Below, in pieces: positions 1 through 12,750 of a DNA stretch of 64,000 nucleotides. This DNA comes from Octopus vulgaris (Eukaryota), in assembly GCA_951406725.2 (NCBI GenBank), contig OX597820.1, positions 1,116,001 through 1,180,000 on the forward strand. Direction: 5' to 3'. The translations under genes were made by a program, and so were the position numbers. The notes under the pieces are model-generated. The model did no database searches. It was not told the DNA's origin and saw only the letters and a program-made list of their open reading frames with translations. Position 1 is the stretch's first letter. Every line of letters begins with the position of its first letter.

Positions 1-398
1 GTGAGTCATGAATCTGGCTCACCCTGAAGATGAGGTTTTTACATTTAGCCTTCGCTGTGAACCAGTGATTAACCTACCAGGAAACTACAACTAATGATGC
101 TGTTGTTCACAGATACATGGATATTACTGTTTCAATGTCCTAAGGACTCATGGGGCCTGGAACCCAGCTTCCCTGGCATATAAGTGACCAAGATCACAAC
201 ATCACCCTTGAATGGAAGGTCAGTTCATTGCAGGGTCACTCATTTTTGCCAGATGAGTGGACTGGAGCAATGAAGAGTTTTGCTCAAGAACACAATGCAT
301 TGCCCAGTCCAGGAATTGAAACCACCATCTTATGATCAGGAGTGCAACACCCTCACCACTAAGCCATGTGCGTTCACCACAAAATATCATATGACAGA

Positions 399-905
399 GA
401 TAATCCTTTCTACTAAAGGCACAAGGCCTGAAAGTTTGGGGGAGGGGTTAGGTTGACTACATCGACCCCAGTATGCAACTGGTACTTGATTTATCAACCC
501 GAAAAGATGAAAGTCAAAGTCGACCTCAGCGGAATTTGAACTCAGAACGTAGTGGCAGACGAAATACCGCTAAGCCTTTCACCTGGCATGCTAATGTTTC
601 TGCAAGCTCACCTTGTTAAAATAATTATTAATTAACTATGTGTTTAATTAATAATATGATGAGGGGATCACTGCCTCTGTTATTCCAATAATCTTTTCTA
701 CTCTAGGCACAAGGCCCAAAATTTGGTGGGGAGGGGTCCAGTCGATAAGATCAACCTCAGTACACAACTGGTACTTAATTTATTGACACCGAAAGGATGA
801 AAGGCAAAGTTGACCTTGGCAGAATTTGAACTCAGAACGTAAAGCCCGATGAAATACTGCTAAGCATTTTTCCCGGCATGCTAACGGTTCTGCCATCTTG
901 CCACC
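399..905 (-). mobile_element. Two tRNA-derived SINE copies (family A, Meta-domain-like)
   Basis: Head GAGCTGGCAGAA...GAGTTCAAATTCC, body GACTTTGCCTTTCATCCTTTCGGGGTCGATAAATTAAGTACC, (TTA)n tail. More than 20 copies in the window, e.g. near 1940, 13866, 18385, 19500, 38640-39055, 48345, 49140, 55040-55720, 62565. Confidence 0.85.
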
Positions 906-1423
906 TGAAATATCTGACTCAGATAATAAAATGCTAAAAACCTTTCATGGAAAAACAAAAAGGCTGAGGGTTAAGGTTAAATGTGTAAATCCCTGTTTGT
1001 TGCAGAACACAGACGTAAGTAAATGAGTTGGAGAAGGGTGTGCAGTTAATGCGAATGTCATTCCAAAATAGCAAGAACTGCAGCTACATGTTGGCTTGGG
1101 TTCAATTCCAGTGCATGGCACCTTCGGCAAGTGCCATCTACTAGGGCACCAGGCTGACCAAAGCCTTGTGAGCGGGTTTGGTACAGAGAAACAGAGAGAA
1201 GCCTATTGTACGTGTGTGTGTGTATTGACATAAGATGATGGTTGTTGCATACTGGGATCAATCCAATCGACTGCCCCCACCTCCCCAAAACTTACGACAT
1301 GGTTCCAGGTTCAGTCCCACTGCCTCGCACCTTGGGCAAGTGTTTTCTACTATAGCCTCGGGCTGACCAAAGCCTTTTGAGTGGATTTGGTAGAGAGAAA
1401 CTGAAAGAAGCCCATCAAATATA

Positions 1424-1495
<72 letters not shown>

Positions 1496-1509
1496 TGTAT
1501 GTATGTATG

Positions 1510-1543
<34 letters not shown>

Positions 1544-2286
1544 TGTATGTATGCATGCATGCATGCATGCATGTATGTATGTGTTTGTGTGTCTGTTTTT
1601 CTTCCCCTCACCATCACTTGACAACCATTGCTGGTGTGTTTATGTCCCCCATCGCTTAGCGGTTCGGCAAAACAGACCAATAGAATAAGTACTAGGCTTA
1701 CAAAGAATAAGTCCTGGGGTCGATTTGCTCGACTAAAGCTGGTGCTCCAGCATGGTCGCAGTCAAATGACTGAAACAAGTAAAAGAGTAAATGCAGCAAG
1801 CTGGCAATCATCGTTAGCCTGTCTTCGTTAGCAGGTCAGACAAAATGCTTCATGGGATTTCTTGCCACTCTTTATATTTATTTCTTCATTGCCCACAAGG
1901 GGTTAAACACAGAGGAATCAAACAAGGACAGACAAAGGGATTAGGTCGAGTACATCAACCCCAGTATGTAACTGGTACTTATTTAATCAACCCCAAGAGG
2001 ATGAAAAGCAATGTCGACCTCGGCAGAATTTGAACTGAACTCAGAACGTAGCAGCAGACGAAATACCGCTAAGACTTTCGCCCAGTGTGCTAACCATTCT
2101 GCCAGCTCCTCGCCTCCTTAATATATCGCCACTCTTTATATATCACTGAGGTGCACTTTACCTTTCATCCTGAAAAATAAAATCAAAATAAACCTAGAGT
2201 CCTGAGATCAAATCCTTTGCTCACTGAATAATAATTTTTTGATAATTTCTGTAGTTTTTCTATTTCTTTGTTCTTTTCTGTTTCAG

Positions 2287-2361
2287 TATTTCTTCTTCTT
2301 GCTGTGCATCATGGCTGGAGAACTGGCTGCAGGGATCTTGGCTGCCCTTTATAAGAAGGAG
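2287..2361 (+). CDS. Tetraspanin coding exon (TM3); upstream exons lie before the window
   Basis: tttcag acceptor, GTTTGT donor, phase 0/0; encodes YFFFLLCIMAGELAAGILAALYKKE, typical tetraspanin TM3 with the conserved Glu. The window itself begins with GTGAGT, a plausible donor for this intron. Confidence 0.93.
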
Positions 2362-4470
2362 GTTTGTAGGCTTTTTATATTGCAGCACCTTGTAAATGCT
2401 CACTGGGTTCACATATGGTTGCAAACACATGAGTGTGTGTGAGTGCATACGTGCATGCATGCGAGTGTATGTGCTTGCGCATGGGTGTACATGCGTGTGT
2501 GCATACGTACATGTATGTGTGTGTGTATCTGAGCGTGTCTGGATTAGAGGGGGGGTGCATGCATGTGTGCTCTTGTAATTGTTGTTCAACTTTCAAGTCA
2601 GCTCTCATTAAACAGACCTACAATTAAAAAGCAATCCAGCCATGACCACCCCATTTAGTGAGGGAAGGGAGGTCAGGGACTCAGTGTATCAAGGATCATG
2701 TTATTCATTGTGCCCTTTCTTCCCCACCAAAATACTGCAATAGTAGTTGAGGGATTTTTCACTGCTATTGCTAGCTGGACAAGTGATTCCATCCAGGCTC
2801 TCTCATTTGCTTGCATGTCTTATGTTTTAATTACTGCCCCCCCCCCCCTTTAAATCTGTTTGGTTTGATTAGCAATAAAATACCTAGCCATTACCTATTT
2901 GATGGTATAAAAGACCCTTGGGCATATGAAATGAACCCCAATTTCAGCAGCAAATATTAAGTAAAAAGTTTGTAATGCCTTAACCCTTTTGATACCAACC
3001 CGGCTGAAACTGGCTCTGGTTCTGTAGTACAAATGTCTTGTTTTCATAAGTTTTGAATTAAAATCTTCCACCAAACTTTAGTCACAATTTGTGTTCCTAA
3101 CACCAGCTGAATGATAACTAAGTTATTTTACTAAATTCTTTTTGTTATATCTAAAATTAATTGAAAGAAACACAGAGCATCTAAAAAAAAAAATACAGTT
3201 GAGCATGTCCCTTAGTGGCTGACGGTACGTGCATCTCTGATCCCGGACAGAAGTTGTGGGAGAGCATCATAGCCATATGTTGAGAGAGATTCTTTAGCGT
3301 TTGGATAATTCACCCTTGGAAACATGTGTGTTTCGTTCATCATCCTTAAACAACCCTTATTCAGGGACCTTTTGAGCGGGATGGGTTACTCGACCTGTAG
3401 AAAATCCTAACTGAGCCCCACCTGCAAGGTCATGTGCTGTTTATCTTGATATGAGATCACCATGTCGCGCACAAATGGTTGTGATGCATGTGCCTAGTGT
3501 ACCCTTATCAGACGGGTAGTCATGATGGGTATACTGGGCATTGTATGTATATTTTACCCCAATCTCACTTTGATGGCATGAACTGCTCTCTCACTCAATA
3601 ATAATAATAATAATAATATTTAAGTAAATCTTATTATTCGGCCACATAGAAGAAAACGTCTGGATTCAAATTTGTCTACAGGAATGAATGTCAGGGGTCA
3701 CCGATCAGACTGGAACGAAGGGTGTGTCCCCACCTCCCCCTTCTTTTCGTTACTTAATTCTTTTTTTTCTTTTCCTTCTTGCACATTTTTTATTATTTCG
3801 TTTAAATATTATTCTTTAATTAGAAATATTATTGATTGAAATAATAACGCTAAAAAGGAAACAATTAAGAAAATAGGCTATGGGTGGCCCAACCTCGCAA
3901 ACAGGAGCTCGGCTGATTTATTATGTTTTTGAAAGTGTATTTTCTATTATCAACAACGGTATAAATCTCGTTTAGAATTTTATCAATTAATCTCACCTGA
4001 TGATGCTAACCCACTTTCTTGTTTCAAGTTTTTAGATTATGCAAATTCCTAGACGCATATGTTCAATGTCTTAATATTTCTTCCCACTTCAAATCACTTC
4101 TCTTCTCTCGAGTCGTTGTTCTTGTCGATGTGGGTGTGAAGAAGAAACAAAAAGAGAAACCGGATTCTTGCGATGGGTCAAGGGAAATAACTCATAAAAA
4201 TAATTTAGAGTTATCTTTCTTGATTGAACAATGGTTTCTGCGATTAGTTCTGCGATTAGTACGATACAGTCAAACCTATGAACTTTGGAGCTCAGTTTGC
4301 TAGAAATGGCAGCAAAATCTCCCTTAATTTACACTCTACTGTCTTAGAAGAAAGGACACATTGGATAATGGAATTTTGTGCCGGAAAAATATAAAAAATT
4401 TTGGATAGTCAATGTTTTTGATCCTAAACCGATTTTATTAGGAAGGATTTCATACTTGAACAACATCTCC

Positions 4471-5182
4471 AGATCTTTTCCTTTTGAACGGCACTTTTCA
4501 ACACAATTTCTAGTTAACTAAACACTTTAAAACTTCGTATACTGGTAGAATGTGTCAAAAGAAAACATTTTTTTCTCTTGGTTTTCTTGAGAAAATTGTA
4601 ATTTGTAAGTTTAATGTAGTTTAATTTTTCGAATTTTAACCAATCGTATACCCTCTATTAAGCTAAAATCATTTGCTGCGTCTAAAACTGAGACAACATC
4701 CTGTCACTATCCCTAAACCTCACCCTAACCCTAAATTTTAGCCTTTGGTTTTTTTTTTCTTAATTGTTAAATTAATTTAAGAATAACTATTAAGAAGAAA
4801 AACCGAAAGGCTAAAACGAAAGCAAAAACTCAAAACAAAAACAAAATGAATAATTTTAGACACGCGTAACAATTAAATTAATTTAACAATTAAGAAAAAA
4901 AAAACGAAAGACTAAAATTTAGGGTTAGGGTGAGGTTTAGGGATAGTGAAAGGATGTTGTCTCAGTTTTAGACGCAGCAAATGATTTTAGCTTAATAGAG
5001 GGTATACGATTGGTTAAAATTCGAAAAATTAAGCTACATTAAGCTTACAAATTACAATTTTCTCAAGAAAACCAAGAGAAAAAAATGTTTTCTTTTGACA
5101 CATTCTACCAGTATACAAAGTTTTAAAGTGTTTAGTTAACTAGAAATTGTGTTGAAAAGTGCCGTTCAAAAGGAAAAGATCC
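4471..5182. mobile_element. Foldback / long-TIR non-autonomous DNA transposon
   Basis: About 310-bp inverted arms (4471-4780, 4873-5182) with few mismatches; 8-bp TSD ACATCTCC at 4463-4470 and 5183-5190; internal CCCTAA-like repeats. Confidence 0.9.
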
Positions 5183-5731
5183 ACATCTCCTGCTTCTGCT
5201 GCTGTGATAGATAATATCCCTGGTGTCTCATTTGACCATGTTTGAGAATCCAGTTGGAAAGAACAGTGATGATTGCTTCAGATAGGACCCTAAGGAGGAG
5301 ATGCCTGAGGACTTTACCCTTGCAACCTTCCCAGGAATATCTGGCAGAGATGCTGAATGGATGAATTATTAAAGTAAAAGATGGAGGTGAAATGTTTCAC
5401 TGATCTTTTCAATTCTTAATTAAACCTGTTTTTCTGGAGACTGTTATATTGTTCTCTTTAGAATTTGGTTCTTACATGTTGCCAAACATGTGACTCAATA
5501 TGAGTCATGTTGGTGCCATGTAAAAAGCACGCAGTACACTCTGTAAAGTGGTTGGCATTAGGAAAGGAAGCTGTGGAACCTTATCAAAACAGATAAATGG
5601 AGCCTTGTGTGGCTTCTAGCCTTGCATCTCATGTCAAAGCATCCAACCCATGCCAGCATGGAAAGTGGATGTTAAACGATGGTGGTGATGATGATGATGA
5701 TGATGTTATTGTTTGGTCTTTTTGGTTGCAG

Positions 5732-5839
5732 ATTCTTGGTGAAAACCTGGCTAGTAACCTGCAGAAGTTTGTCAAGACAAAATACGGCACCGCCACCCAC
5801 CAAGTTACTTCAGCAACTTGGGATATTATTCAGATGGAG
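5732..5839 (+). CDS. Tetraspanin coding exon (EC2 helices A/B)
   Basis: ttgcag / GTGAGC, phase 0/0; ILGENLASNLQKFVKTKYGTATHQVTSATWDIIQME with the WDxxQ motif preceding CCG. Confidence 0.93.
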
Positions 5840-5896
5840 GTGAGCAACAAACGCATTCTCCGACCACTGTCTTTCCCCTCCCCCCAACACACAAGC

Positions 5897-6198
5897 CTCT
5901 CTTTTTCTCCTTCTCTCTTTCACTTTCTTAGATGCCTCTCTCTTTCTCTCACACACCCTTCCTTATCTCTCCCTCTCTTTCTCGCCCTTACCTCTCCCTC
6001 TCTCCTTTATCTCTCTTTCTCTCTGTCTCCCTTCTCTCTCTCCCTTCTCTCTCTCTTTTCTTTGTCTTACTGCTCTCTCTCTTTCTCTTTCTCCTTTTCT
6101 CTCTTTCTCTTTTCTCTTTCCCACCCTCTCTCCTTTCTCTCTCTCTCTCTCTTTCTCCTTCACTTTCTCCCTTCCTCTCTTCTCTTTCATTCTCTCTC

Positions 6199-6259
<61 letters not shown>

Positions 6260-6272
6260 CCTCTCTCTCTCT
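5897..6272 (+). repeat. Polypyrimidine (CT)n-rich low-complexity tract filling a tetraspanin intron
   Basis: Almost exclusively C/T; explains the spurious Ser/Leu-rich ORFs. Confidence 0.95.
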
Positions 6273-6361
6273 ATTAATTTTTTTTTATTCCTGTATAATT
6301 CTCATTGGGTAACCATCTTTTAACGGAGGGTTAACGATTTCTTTGTGTCTGCTATTTTCAG

Positions 6362-6436
6362 GGTAAGTGCTGTGGAGCCTTGGGCGCAAGGGACTACATC
6401 AACAGCACATGGTATGAAAGCCTCAACAGGACTGTG
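6362..6436 (+). CDS. Tetraspanin coding exon containing the CCG motif
   Basis: ttttcag / GTGAGT, phase 0/0; GKCCGALGARDYINSTWYESLNRTV with the CCG signature and two N-glycosylation sequons. Confidence 0.95.
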
Positions 6437-6766
6437 GTGAGTGGGATGAACATCTCTTCATTTCCTCTTCATTTCCTCTTCATTTTCTCTTCCAGCATCG
6501 GTCTTTCTCACATTTGATGTTAGTCAAAAAATGCAGGGATGAACCCAAGGGATAGGGGCCTGAGGGCCACATGACCATCTCAAGAAAAGAAGGGCACCCT
6601 TCTAAATAATGTTATTATTCCATTTTTCTCCTGGAATTGTACTCCGTTCTGACCTTGTGCCTTCCCTTCAAAAAATTCTAGAGACCGCGCTTGAAATGGA
6701 TCTGCTTTTCCTTTTATTCTCTCACTTGCTCCCTGTCATCGTTAATAAACGACTGAAGAATGAATA

Positions 6767-6800
<34 letters not shown>

Positions 6801-7049
6801 ATTTGGCAGAAACCAGGTGGGAAAAATAGTATTCGAATACCAGAGGTAGAGTAATATGCTTTATTATTAAAGCTGCAAAGACTGTAGCATGCCAAGAGAT
6901 GGCAGCACATGATTGTGTATACATGAGAGCTAGCAGTGACCTTCACGAGGCAGTGTGCTGAGTGACATTGCTGTTTATACTTCATAAGTTGTGAAATTTG
7001 TGTTTTTGTGATCACCTGGTTGCTGTAGTCTGTGATTTTTGTCAAGGAC

Positions 7050-7370
7050 AGGAAGATGGTACAAAGAGCCAACATGAAATTTTGCATTAAACTTGGGAAG
7101 TCTGCTACAGAGAGGCTTTGAGCATTCTTTGGCAAGCTTACAGCGACAAGGCAATGGGTCGTATGCAATGTTTCAAGTGGCACAGGCGCTTCAAAAGCTG
7201 AAGAATGTCCCTGGAAGACTATGAGCAATCTGGAAGACCTGCCAAAAGTATCACCTCCCAGAAATGTAGAGAAAATCCATCAGCTTGTGTGTGAGGATCA
7301 TTGTATGACAATCGAGGACATTGTTGATGTTGTTGGTCTGTCATACGATTCCGTGCAGGTAATCTTAATA
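7050..7370 (+). mobile_element. Decayed mariner transposase N-terminal (HTH) fragment
   Basis: Frameshifted reading QRANMKFCIKLGKSATE...QAYSDKAMGRMQCFKWHRRFKS...EDYEQSGRP...NVEKIHQLVCEDHCMTIEDIVDVVGLSYDSVQVIL. Confidence 0.85.
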
Positions 7371-8032
7371 ATGTCTGAATTCTTCACAACAATAAATCCA
7401 CCCTGGCACGTGGCAAGCTGGGTCTAAGTCAGAAAATCAACCAACAGCAGCCACATAGAAATTGCCACTTCCTTCGTGACGAAGACTCACCACATAAAAC
7501 TGATTTGAAGCACAAATACTGACAGGAAGAACTTTTATAGCTTATAGCAAGTACTGTGGGCTCAACGAGAGGACCCACCATACCAAGTCCTGGCAGTGTT
7601 AACTGGAGAAACCACAATACCAAGTGCTGGTGTCTACTAAAGCAGATGACAGTGGACCAATGTTAAAAAACAACATCTTGGTTTTTCTTTTAGTTCAAAA
7701 CCATTTCAATTGATTTTTGTCTTTCATTCGGTCAGGGTTAATTTCTAACATAGGCACAAGGCCATACATTTTTAAACAGTATGTAAAAACAAATGATTAT
7801 TATATTGAATTAGTTGTCAGAGTTAAGAAAAACAATACCGGTAATATACTGCAGATGATACAGTCAACGATACCTCTTTCCTGACAATAATTGACATTTT
7901 ATTCAAGAAATAATAATTGCATGGCAGTAACAAAATGAAGTCAAATGTTAATTATAATGGTGATAATTTTAATAATGATAATAAATATTATTTTTGGAAT
8001 TAAAATAATAAAGTATGTTTTCTTTTTCTCAG

Positions 8033-8137
8033 AAACTGCCTAGGTCTTGCTGTAAGATGTCAAACAACAACCCCCTGGACCCTGAGTATGTTGATGAGAA
8101 CGACTGCGTTAACATGGGCTCAGAGTACAACAGTAAG
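8033..8137 (+). CDS. Tetraspanin coding exon (PxSCC motif)
   Basis: ttctcag / GTAGGT, phase 0/0; KLPRSCCKMSNNNPLDPEYVDENDCVNMGSEYNSK. Confidence 0.95.
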
Positions 8138-8433
8138 GTAGGTCTACAGTTATTTAATAGATGGACTCTTCTGTTGTAAATAATAGATGAGGGGATTGCA
8201 GCTTCTTGTTGAACAATCGGCACAAATGATTCGTTTCTAGGGATCAAACATTTGTTTTGTACAAGAGCTCATTTCTGTCATCAAATCTTTTTGATTTCAC
8301 CAAAAAGATTTATTATCTTTGTAATAAATCTCAAAGGTTTTTCTAAATCACAAAATGATTTTTGTAAATCTTAAAAATATTTTTATAAGGTCCACTAACA
8401 CTAACAGACCTGAATTCAACCCTTGTTTTGTAG

Positions 8434-8517
8434 GGATGTCGAGATGAGATGGCAAGCTGGATCAGTAAGCACTTGGATATTCTGATAGGTGTCGGCTGTG
8501 GTATTGCAGTGTTGGAG
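8434..8517 (+). CDS. Tetraspanin coding exon (GC motif and start of TM4)
   Basis: tttgtag / GTGAGT, phase 0/0; GCRDEMASWISKHLDILIGVGCGIAVLE. EC2 has six cysteines in total. Confidence 0.95.
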
Positions 8518-9129
8518 GTGAGTATTGTTTCCTTGGGGCCACAATTATTAACGTCACCAATCAGTGCAAAACTGTGACATTCCATACTAACGCACATTAC
8601 TAACACTTTGTGCTGACGCGTTGACACATCAGTAACACTAATTAAAAAAAAAAATGAAATAATGCAGGCATGGCTGTGTGGTAAGAAGTTTGCTTCCCAA
8701 CCACCTGGTTCTAGGTTCAGTCCCACTGCGTGGAACCTTGGGCAAGTACTTTCTACAATAACCCCAGGCTAATCAAAGCCTTGTGAATGGATTTGGTAGA
8801 CAGAAACTGAAAGGATCCTACCATCTGTGTCTTTGTGTGTTTGTCCACCTCCACCACTTCAGAACTGGTGTGGGTGTGTTTATGTCCCTGTGACTTAGCA
8901 GTTTGGCAAAAGAGACCCCAAGAATAGGAACCAGGCTAAAAAATAAAATAAGTACTGAGGTTGATTTGTTTGACTAAAATTCTGGCCTCAGTGATTAGAC
9001 TAATCACTGAAACGAATAAAGGATAAAAAATTTGACTGCACTTTGAGAGTAGCAAAACCTGATTGTAAGAGTTTGTATGAAAATCTGAATGTGGGCATTA
9101 GTTGTAGAAAATCGGAAATAAATGAACAA

Positions 9130-9286
9130 GTGCAGGAGTGGCTGTGTGGTAAGTAGCTTGCTTATGAACTACATGGTTCTGGGTTCAGTCCCACTGCGTG
9201 GCACCTTGGGCAACTGTCTTCTACTATAGCCAACCAAAGCCTTGTGAGTGGATTTGGTAGATGGAAACTGGAAGAAGCCCATCGTA

Positions 9287-9383
<97 letters not shown>

Positions 9384-9600
9384 ATGTATGTGTGTGTATA
9401 TGTTTGTCCCCCCAACATCGCTTGACAACCAATGCTGGTGTGTTTATGTCCCCATAACTTAGCGGTTCAGCAAAAGAGACCGATAGAATATGTACTAGGC
9501 TTACAAAGAATAAGTCTTGGGGTCGATGTGCTCAACTAAAAGGCAATGCTCCAGCATGGCCACAGTCAAATGACTGAAACAAGTAAAAGAGTAAAAAGAG
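9130..9600 (+). mobile_element. Full-length tRNA-derived SINE with internal (TA/TG)n microsatellite (family B)
   Basis: GGAGTGGCTGTGTGGTAAG...GGTTCAGTCCC head, CCTTGGGCAA box, tail ending (TAAAAGAG)n. Other copies at about 1295-1790, 8663-9030, 20688-21030, 24822-25200 (-), 26243, 39268, 46603. Confidence 0.85.
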
Positions 9601-10401
9601 TACACCCTCACACACAGTTTATTTGGGGGTTTTCAACACACCTGAGACATACAGGTGCAGGCGTGGCTGTATAGGCCATAATAATCCCTTCTGGGCAAGA
9701 AATGTAAAATAAAGTTTAGTATAAACAACACAGACACTTTGTAATTTAACAGCTTTTAATAACCAGAAGTAAGTGAAATTAGGCTAAACACAACTAAATT
9801 GAAAACCTTTTCCCCTGGCCATATCAACAATTCTGAAAACTTTTAGGTGCGAATTTTACATGAGTAGAAGCTTTTTTTTAACAAATTTTATCCTGAAAAT
9901 CACCTGCATAAATTACACAGGTTTGCAAATCACATGAAGTTTTACGGTATATATATATTTCGTCATCTTCATTGTTTAACATCTGCCTTCTAAGCTGGCA
10001 TGGGTTGGGTGGTTTGACTGAGGTCTGGCCAAGCTGGAGGACTGCACCAGGCTTCTGTGTCTGTTTTGGCAGGGTTTTACAGCTCAACACCCTTCCTAAC
10101 ACCAACCACCCTACAGTGTAAACTAAGTGCTTTTTACGTGGCACCAGCACAGGTGAGGTGAGTTTTTACATGGTTTTTACATCTGGATGCCCTTCCAAAT
10201 GCCAACCACTTTGCAGTGTGGACTGGGTGCTTTTTAAGTGGCACCCGCACTGACAGGGTCACCAAGTAATTTTCAGGACAAAGATCTTTTGAGAGGTGAG
10301 GGGGCATTGGAGGAGGTAACTTTGTACCAGGTGATCAAAGGTTGGAGTGTCACACACACACACACACTCTGTCTAAAACTTCTTATTCTTCTTTCTTGCA
10401 G

Positions 10402-10467
10402 ATGTTTGGCTTGATCGTATCCATCTTCCTATGCCGAGAAACGAACAGAGAGACTGCTTCCTGTTGA
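10402..10467 (+). CDS. Tetraspanin last coding exon (end of TM4, cytoplasmic tail, stop)
   Basis: ttcttgcag acceptor; MFGLIVSIFLCRETNRETASC-TGA with a juxtamembrane Cys typical of palmitoylation sites. Confidence 0.93.
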   Translation: MFGLIVSIFLCRETNRETASC

Positions 10468-12719
10468 TCTGCTATTGATGTTGTTGTTGTTGTTGCTGTT
10501 GTTGTTGTTGTTGGTGATATGTGGCCATTTTGCCTGTACTGTCGTGTTGATTCTGCCCCCCCACTTCCAACCCAAACCTTTCTCTCGCTCCCTTCTTCCT
10601 TACCATCTTCCACAAATTTTAAAAAAATACAAAATACACACCGAAAAGAAAAAGAAAAAAAAAACATTTTTTGCTTCATAAACTTGAATGTTTCCATTAT
10701 TTTTTTTACTTCCTTTTTTTTTTAAAAGAAAAAAAAAAAACATTTTCTGGGTCTAATTTTTTTTACTAATCCTCCTCTTCCCCTGCTCCTACCCCCATGT
10801 CCCCAGTCTCTCATTCTCTCCACCCCCATCCCCTCTTTCCCTCTCTCTTTTAACATGGCATCATATGTCACTGCTGCAATACTCTTCTTCTTCTTCTTAT
10901 CTTACTCCTACCTCCCACCACCACCACCACCACTGAAATAACCACTGCTACCATCAGAATTATGCTTCAGATTTGCCTCACACATAAACACATAGAATCT
11001 ACCCAAGTTTCTACGGAGTCGACCGACCATTTTCTCACATTAAACAGCGACAATAATCTATTTTATCTAAATACCAGTAATTCACTTTCACAAATGCAAT
11101 GGTTAAATGTTTCAAAAGCATTGGCAAAAACCACCATCTTGATTAAGCATATTCTAATTAACCAGTGGTTATGCAGAGGTTATTAAGTAGTAGTTAAGCC
11201 TTTTTACTAAGCAGTGGTTGATGATGGTGATGATGATGATGATAATAATAATCTTCTTACTAAATAGAGGCAAATTGAATTTTCTGATCAGAAGTTGTTA
11301 AACCACTTTGATTAAACAACAGGTAAATATGCAACAGGTAATCAGATGCAAATGAAAGAAAAATTTAATTAAAAACAATTTAATTAAATTTAAACAATAA
11401 TTAATAGTAGAGGTATCAAACATGTACCCCACTGCTTTTCCTTTGGATTCCAATGTTTTTGACAATGGCAATTCCCCCGCCCCCCACCCCAAAAAAAAAC
11501 ACCATTTCAAAAGAGTTTCAAATCCCACACTCCTGAAATTTCTTTTTTTCTGGAAGTTTACATTTTTTTTTTTTTTTCGTTTTTACTTTTTGTTTTCTTT
11601 TGAATTCCATGTAGAAAATACAGAGTTTCTGATGATTCTGTGAAAAAAAAAAAAAAAAAATTTTAAAGCTTCACTTTTACAAAAAATTCCCCTCACCGCA
11701 GCGCAACTTTATTACCTTTTTTCATTTTTTTTTTTTTAGTCAAGAATCAGAAATTTTGTCAAAAATGGTGGAATCCAGAAAAAAAAAAAGAAAAGAAAAT
11801 GAAAAAGATAATGAGGTGTGTTTGATGCTTATTTCTGCCCAACAAACTTTTCCTTTCATCAAAATAACTTATTTATTCAAATTTTTTTGTCCCCTAACTC
11901 AATAAGTACTAAAACTTTTATCTAGCTAGAAATCCACAAAATATTGAAAGTTGTGGTGGTCACTCAGAAATCTGAATGGATTCGTATTTTACAACAAATC
12001 TGATGGTTGTATGACTTCAGCCCCTTTCCTTATATTTTCAACCCTTAAGAAGTGTACTAGCTAACTTATTTACCCCTCCCCACCCCCACCCCAACAAGCA
12101 GTAACAAAGTGATGACCCATTAATCCAGCAATGGCTACCTATTCGACCCACTCAATTTTTCTCTCTCTTTCTATATTTGCCAACAACATCAGTTGATGGT
12201 GTGGCTGTTTGTCGGGTCTTCTCTGACCAGATTTTCATTATTGTATAAACAAAAGGATTTAAAATATGATATATATATATATATATAAATATGTATGTAT
12301 ATACATCATATAATGTATAAATAAATATTTATATATATCATATATGTGTATGTTTGAGTATATATATATATCTTTATATCTTTCTACATATATATATTTA
12401 TACATACATGCATATATATCTTTATAAATATATACATACATCTTTATATATATATACATATATATATATATTTACATATGTATGTTTATATATATGTGTG
12501 TATATATGTAAATATATATATTACAGATAAATATATATATATGTATGTGTGTGTATATAAATATATATATATATGTATGTATGTATATGTATATATTTAT
12601 ATGTATGTATGTTTATAAATATTCATATAATTATTGCTATCCTATTGTCTCTCATTTATTGACATTCATGTGGGTGCATTTGATTGGGTGGGTGTGTTCA
12701 TGTGTGCATGTGTTTAGAC

Positions 12720-12750
<31 letters not shown>

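Noticed and set aside
1258-1688. Cluster of YI/HT/CV-rich ORFs, and similar ones at 9.2, 12.3, 15, 25.6, 31.6, 43.7 and 56 kb
   Set aside because: These are translations of microsatellites inside or beside SINEs.
4711-4735. Telomere-like CCCTAA repeats
   Set aside because: Only a few degenerate units, mirrored in the other arm; they are part of the foldback element rather than an interstitial telomere.
5597-6277. 226-aa ORF, the longest in the track
   Set aside because: It is a chimera of a SINE tail, one real 108-nt tetraspanin exon and a (CT)n tract.
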